From an uncultured virus (IMG/VR IMGVR_UViG_3300023371_000084) (lineage: Duplodnaviria > Heunggongvirae > Uroviricota > Caudoviricetes): a stretch of DNA of 20,000 nt. The notes beneath the pieces are model-generated. The model saw nothing but the letters and a program-made list of their open reading frames with translations. It had not been told where the DNA came from and did not search any database. Both the position numbers and the translations under genes were made by a program. Position 1 is the stretch's first letter; the number at the start of each line of letters is the position of its first letter. The stretch is from IMG/VR virus record IMGVR_UViG_3300023371_000084. One strand, written 5' to 3'. Below are positions 18,535-20,000 of the stretch, piece after piece.

Positions 18535-18990
18535 TTACCATTTGTATCCACAGTTATTGCATTCAAATTGCGATGTTGCTGTTTTGCTAAAAAGCCCAAA
18601 TGCATAACCGTGGATTGCACGCTTCATGCCAGATATTTTCTTTATATTACTAGAATTACAGGTGGGACATTTGGGTACATTCTTATTTTGCGATTTTTGC
18701 TTTTGACGGAATTCGTTATTGAATTGATCAAATGCGTTATCACTTGCTTCTTTTGTTCTTGCGAATTGACACATCTGAGTATCGAAAATAGGATTGTGCT
18801 TGATTTCTTCGTCGTATAATACACTTTCCCATTTCTGGCTGTCTTTATACAACTGCATTGCTTTTCCCTTGTAGTATTCAGTATTTCGTTTGGATTCATG
18901 GTATGGAAGACCAGATTTGCAATACCTACAATGATCCATTTTAAAATATAAAGTTGTGCCACAAACGGGGCAATAATAGAAATACGACAT
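18535..18990 (-). CDS. Intron-borne antisense double zinc-ribbon protein of unknown function (151 aa)
   Basis: CPVC..CRYC at the N-terminus. CPTC..(GYAFGLFS hydrophobic loop)..CNNCGYKW at the C-terminus. GGAG 9 nt before ATG 18990. Has its own promoter and terminator. Confidence 0.85.
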   Translation of the reverse strand: MSYFYYCPVCGTTLYFKMDHCRYCKSGLPYHESKRNTEYYKGKAMQLYKDSQKWESVLYDEEIKHNPIFDTQMCQFARTKEASDNAFDQFNNEFRQKQKSQNKNVPKCPTCNSSNIKKISGMKRAIHGYAFGLFSKTATSQFECNNCGYKW

Positions 18991-19020
18991 TGCAATCAAC
19001 TCCAGATTATTTCTGACTAC

Positions 19021-19049
19021 ATTATATTCTTGTATTCTTTTCTCGTCAA
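19021..19049 (-). promoter_or_regulatory. Near-consensus sigmaA/sigma70 promoter driving the cargo gene
   Basis: Minus strand TTGACG (19049-19044), 17-nt spacer, TATAAT (19026-19021). Confidence 0.85.
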
Positions 19050-19101
19050 TACTTTATCTGCAATATTTTTCAAAGCACAAGCACTTTGATGAACAGTTTT
19101 G

Positions 19102-20000
19102 ATATTCAAAGCAATAGAAGATGAGGCGACAAAGAGCGGTTTAAGAATCAAGAGCATATTTGGAGATGTGGCAAGCAATGTAAAAATGTTGTTTTCGAAT
19201 ATGCAACTCTCCGTTCTTTCTCAGGACAACAAGAGAGCGCAAACTTTTGACATCTCTGCTCTTGTTCGTTATAGGACTGCGTTGCTCAATAATGTTGATG
19301 CAGAACAGGCTTATAACGATTGCATGAAGAATACTTCCGCATGGGCTCAACAGATTGCTCGTGAATTTAGAATCGATGAGATGTCAATGATCGATCTTGC
19401 CAAGGCAACAAGGTCGCATTACATTGAGCTGCAAGCAAGTGAAAAATCATGGAAAACGATTAAATCGCTAATTGGAGAGTATAGCTCTGGATGCAAAGAG
19501 ACTAATCTTACGCAACAAGAGTTTATTGGCGCTATTGCAAAATCCAATCAGGGACTTGCTGGATATCTCAATAGCTTAAACGGAGCAAAGGGATCTCTCG
19601 TAGGTTATATTGGCTACCTTGCAAAAACAGAAGCAATGACGCTTGGCGTGCGTACTGCTACTGTATTGGCAAATGCCGCTGTTTCTGCATTTGCTTCGTT
19701 TGCTATTTCTTGGGTTGTTTCCAAGATAACAGAATGGATTAACGCAGAAAAAGAAGCACGCGAAGCTTTACTGAATACGGGTAAAGCCGCCAAAGAAGAA
19801 GCTGACCGCATCCGTGATCTATACAGCGCATATGCTGACGCCAAAGGAGCATACGACGGAACTGATTCTTCAAAACAAACGCTTAAATCGACAAGTGAAG
19901 ACCTATTAATTGCACTTGGCCTTGAACGTTCTGAGATCGAAAAGCTGACCGAAGACTACGACGGCCTATCCAAGAAGATCGACGAAATAACGACGGATAC
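19102..20000 (+). CDS. Tail tape measure protein, exon 2 (partial, runs off the window; absent from the ORF track)
   Basis: Hand translation gives 299 stop-free codons (IFKAIEDEATKSG...LANAAVSAFASFAISWVVSKITEW...DEITTD) with TMP-like helical composition. An in-frame TGA sits at 19090-19092, just upstream of the 3' splice site, and no RBS is evident. Confidence 0.85.
   Translation, partial: MFKAIEDEATKSGLRIKSIFGDVASNVKMLFSNMQLSVLSQDNKRAQTFDISALVRYRTALLNNVDAEQAYNDCMKNTSAWAQQIAREFRIDEMSMIDLAKATRSHYIELQASEKSWKTIKSLIGEYSSGCKETNLTQQEFIGAIAKSNQGLAGYLNSLNGAKGSLVGYIGYLAKTEAMTLGVRTATVLANAAVSAFASFAISWVVSKITEWINAEKEAREALLNTGKAAKEEADRIRDLYSAYADAKGAYDGTDSSKQTLKSTSEDLLIALGLERSEIEKLTEDYDGLSKKIDEITTD

Larger units (their letters stand above)
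17985..19101 (+). ncRNA. Group I-like self-splicing intron (1117 nt) in the tape measure gene, with antisense cargo in the P9 region
   Basis: P1 CGTGGGT 17978-17984 / GCCCACG 18033-18039 with U.G at the splice site. P10 TTGAATAT 18025-18032 / ATATTCAA 19102-19109. P9.0 AAACTGT 18285-18291 / ACAGTTT 19093-19099. Terminal G at 19101. P4 CTGG/TCAG, P5, P6a, P7-like GACATA/TATGTT, P8 with GGAA tetraloop. Exons join in frame. Confidence 0.85.

Noticed and set aside
18436..18995. Alternative ORFs 18436-18819 (+) and 18642-18995 (-)
   Set aside because: They overlap the zinc-ribbon gene, which has the promoter, RBS and coherent motifs.
17985..19101. Insert as a DNA-level element (IS, or a segment excised or inverted by the adjacent recombinase)
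   Set aside because: No transposase, terminal inverted repeats, target duplication or att-like direct repeats seen at the boundaries. The RNA pairings explain both ends exactly.
17985..19101. Group II intron or intein
   Set aside because: No GUGYG 5' end at the in-frame boundary, no domain V or AY 3' end, and no reverse transcriptase. In-frame stops exclude an intein.
19099..20000. Independent gene starting at TTG 19099 or ATG 19186/19201
   Set aside because: No convincing RBS, and the frame opens only 9 nt before the predicted 3' splice site. Better explained as exon 2, although internal initiation is not excluded.
1..20000. CRISPR array, tRNA or rRNA genes
   Set aside because: No regularly spaced repeats or cloverleaf/rRNA-like sequence seen. 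Intergenic gaps are short and accounted for.

Overview
The window is the late (virion morphogenesis) region of a large siphovirus or prophage of a Bacillota host. Host and phage type are inferred from GGAGG ribosome-binding sites, a sigmaA-type promoter and an SPbeta-like gene order. The + strand carries, in order: small and large terminase, portal, an NlpC/P60+SH3 cell-wall hydrolase with a holin-like gene, prohead protease/scaffold, decoration protein, major capsid, head-tail and neck genes, tail tube, a RecU-like resolvase, a tyrosine recombinase and the tape measure protein (TMP). The main finding is that the TMP gene is interrupted by a 1117-nt group I-like intron (17985-19101). Its splice sites follow from sequence pairings: P1 with a U.G wobble, a perfect 8-bp P10, a 7-bp P9.0 and a terminal G. 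Removing the intron joins the exons in frame (...KNVG|IFKA...). The intron carries no recognisable homing endonuclease. Instead its P9 region holds a self-contained antisense cassette (TTGACG-N17-TATAAT promoter, RBS, 151-aa double zinc-ribbon protein, intrinsic terminator). All structure calls were made by eye, and splicing is not demonstrated.
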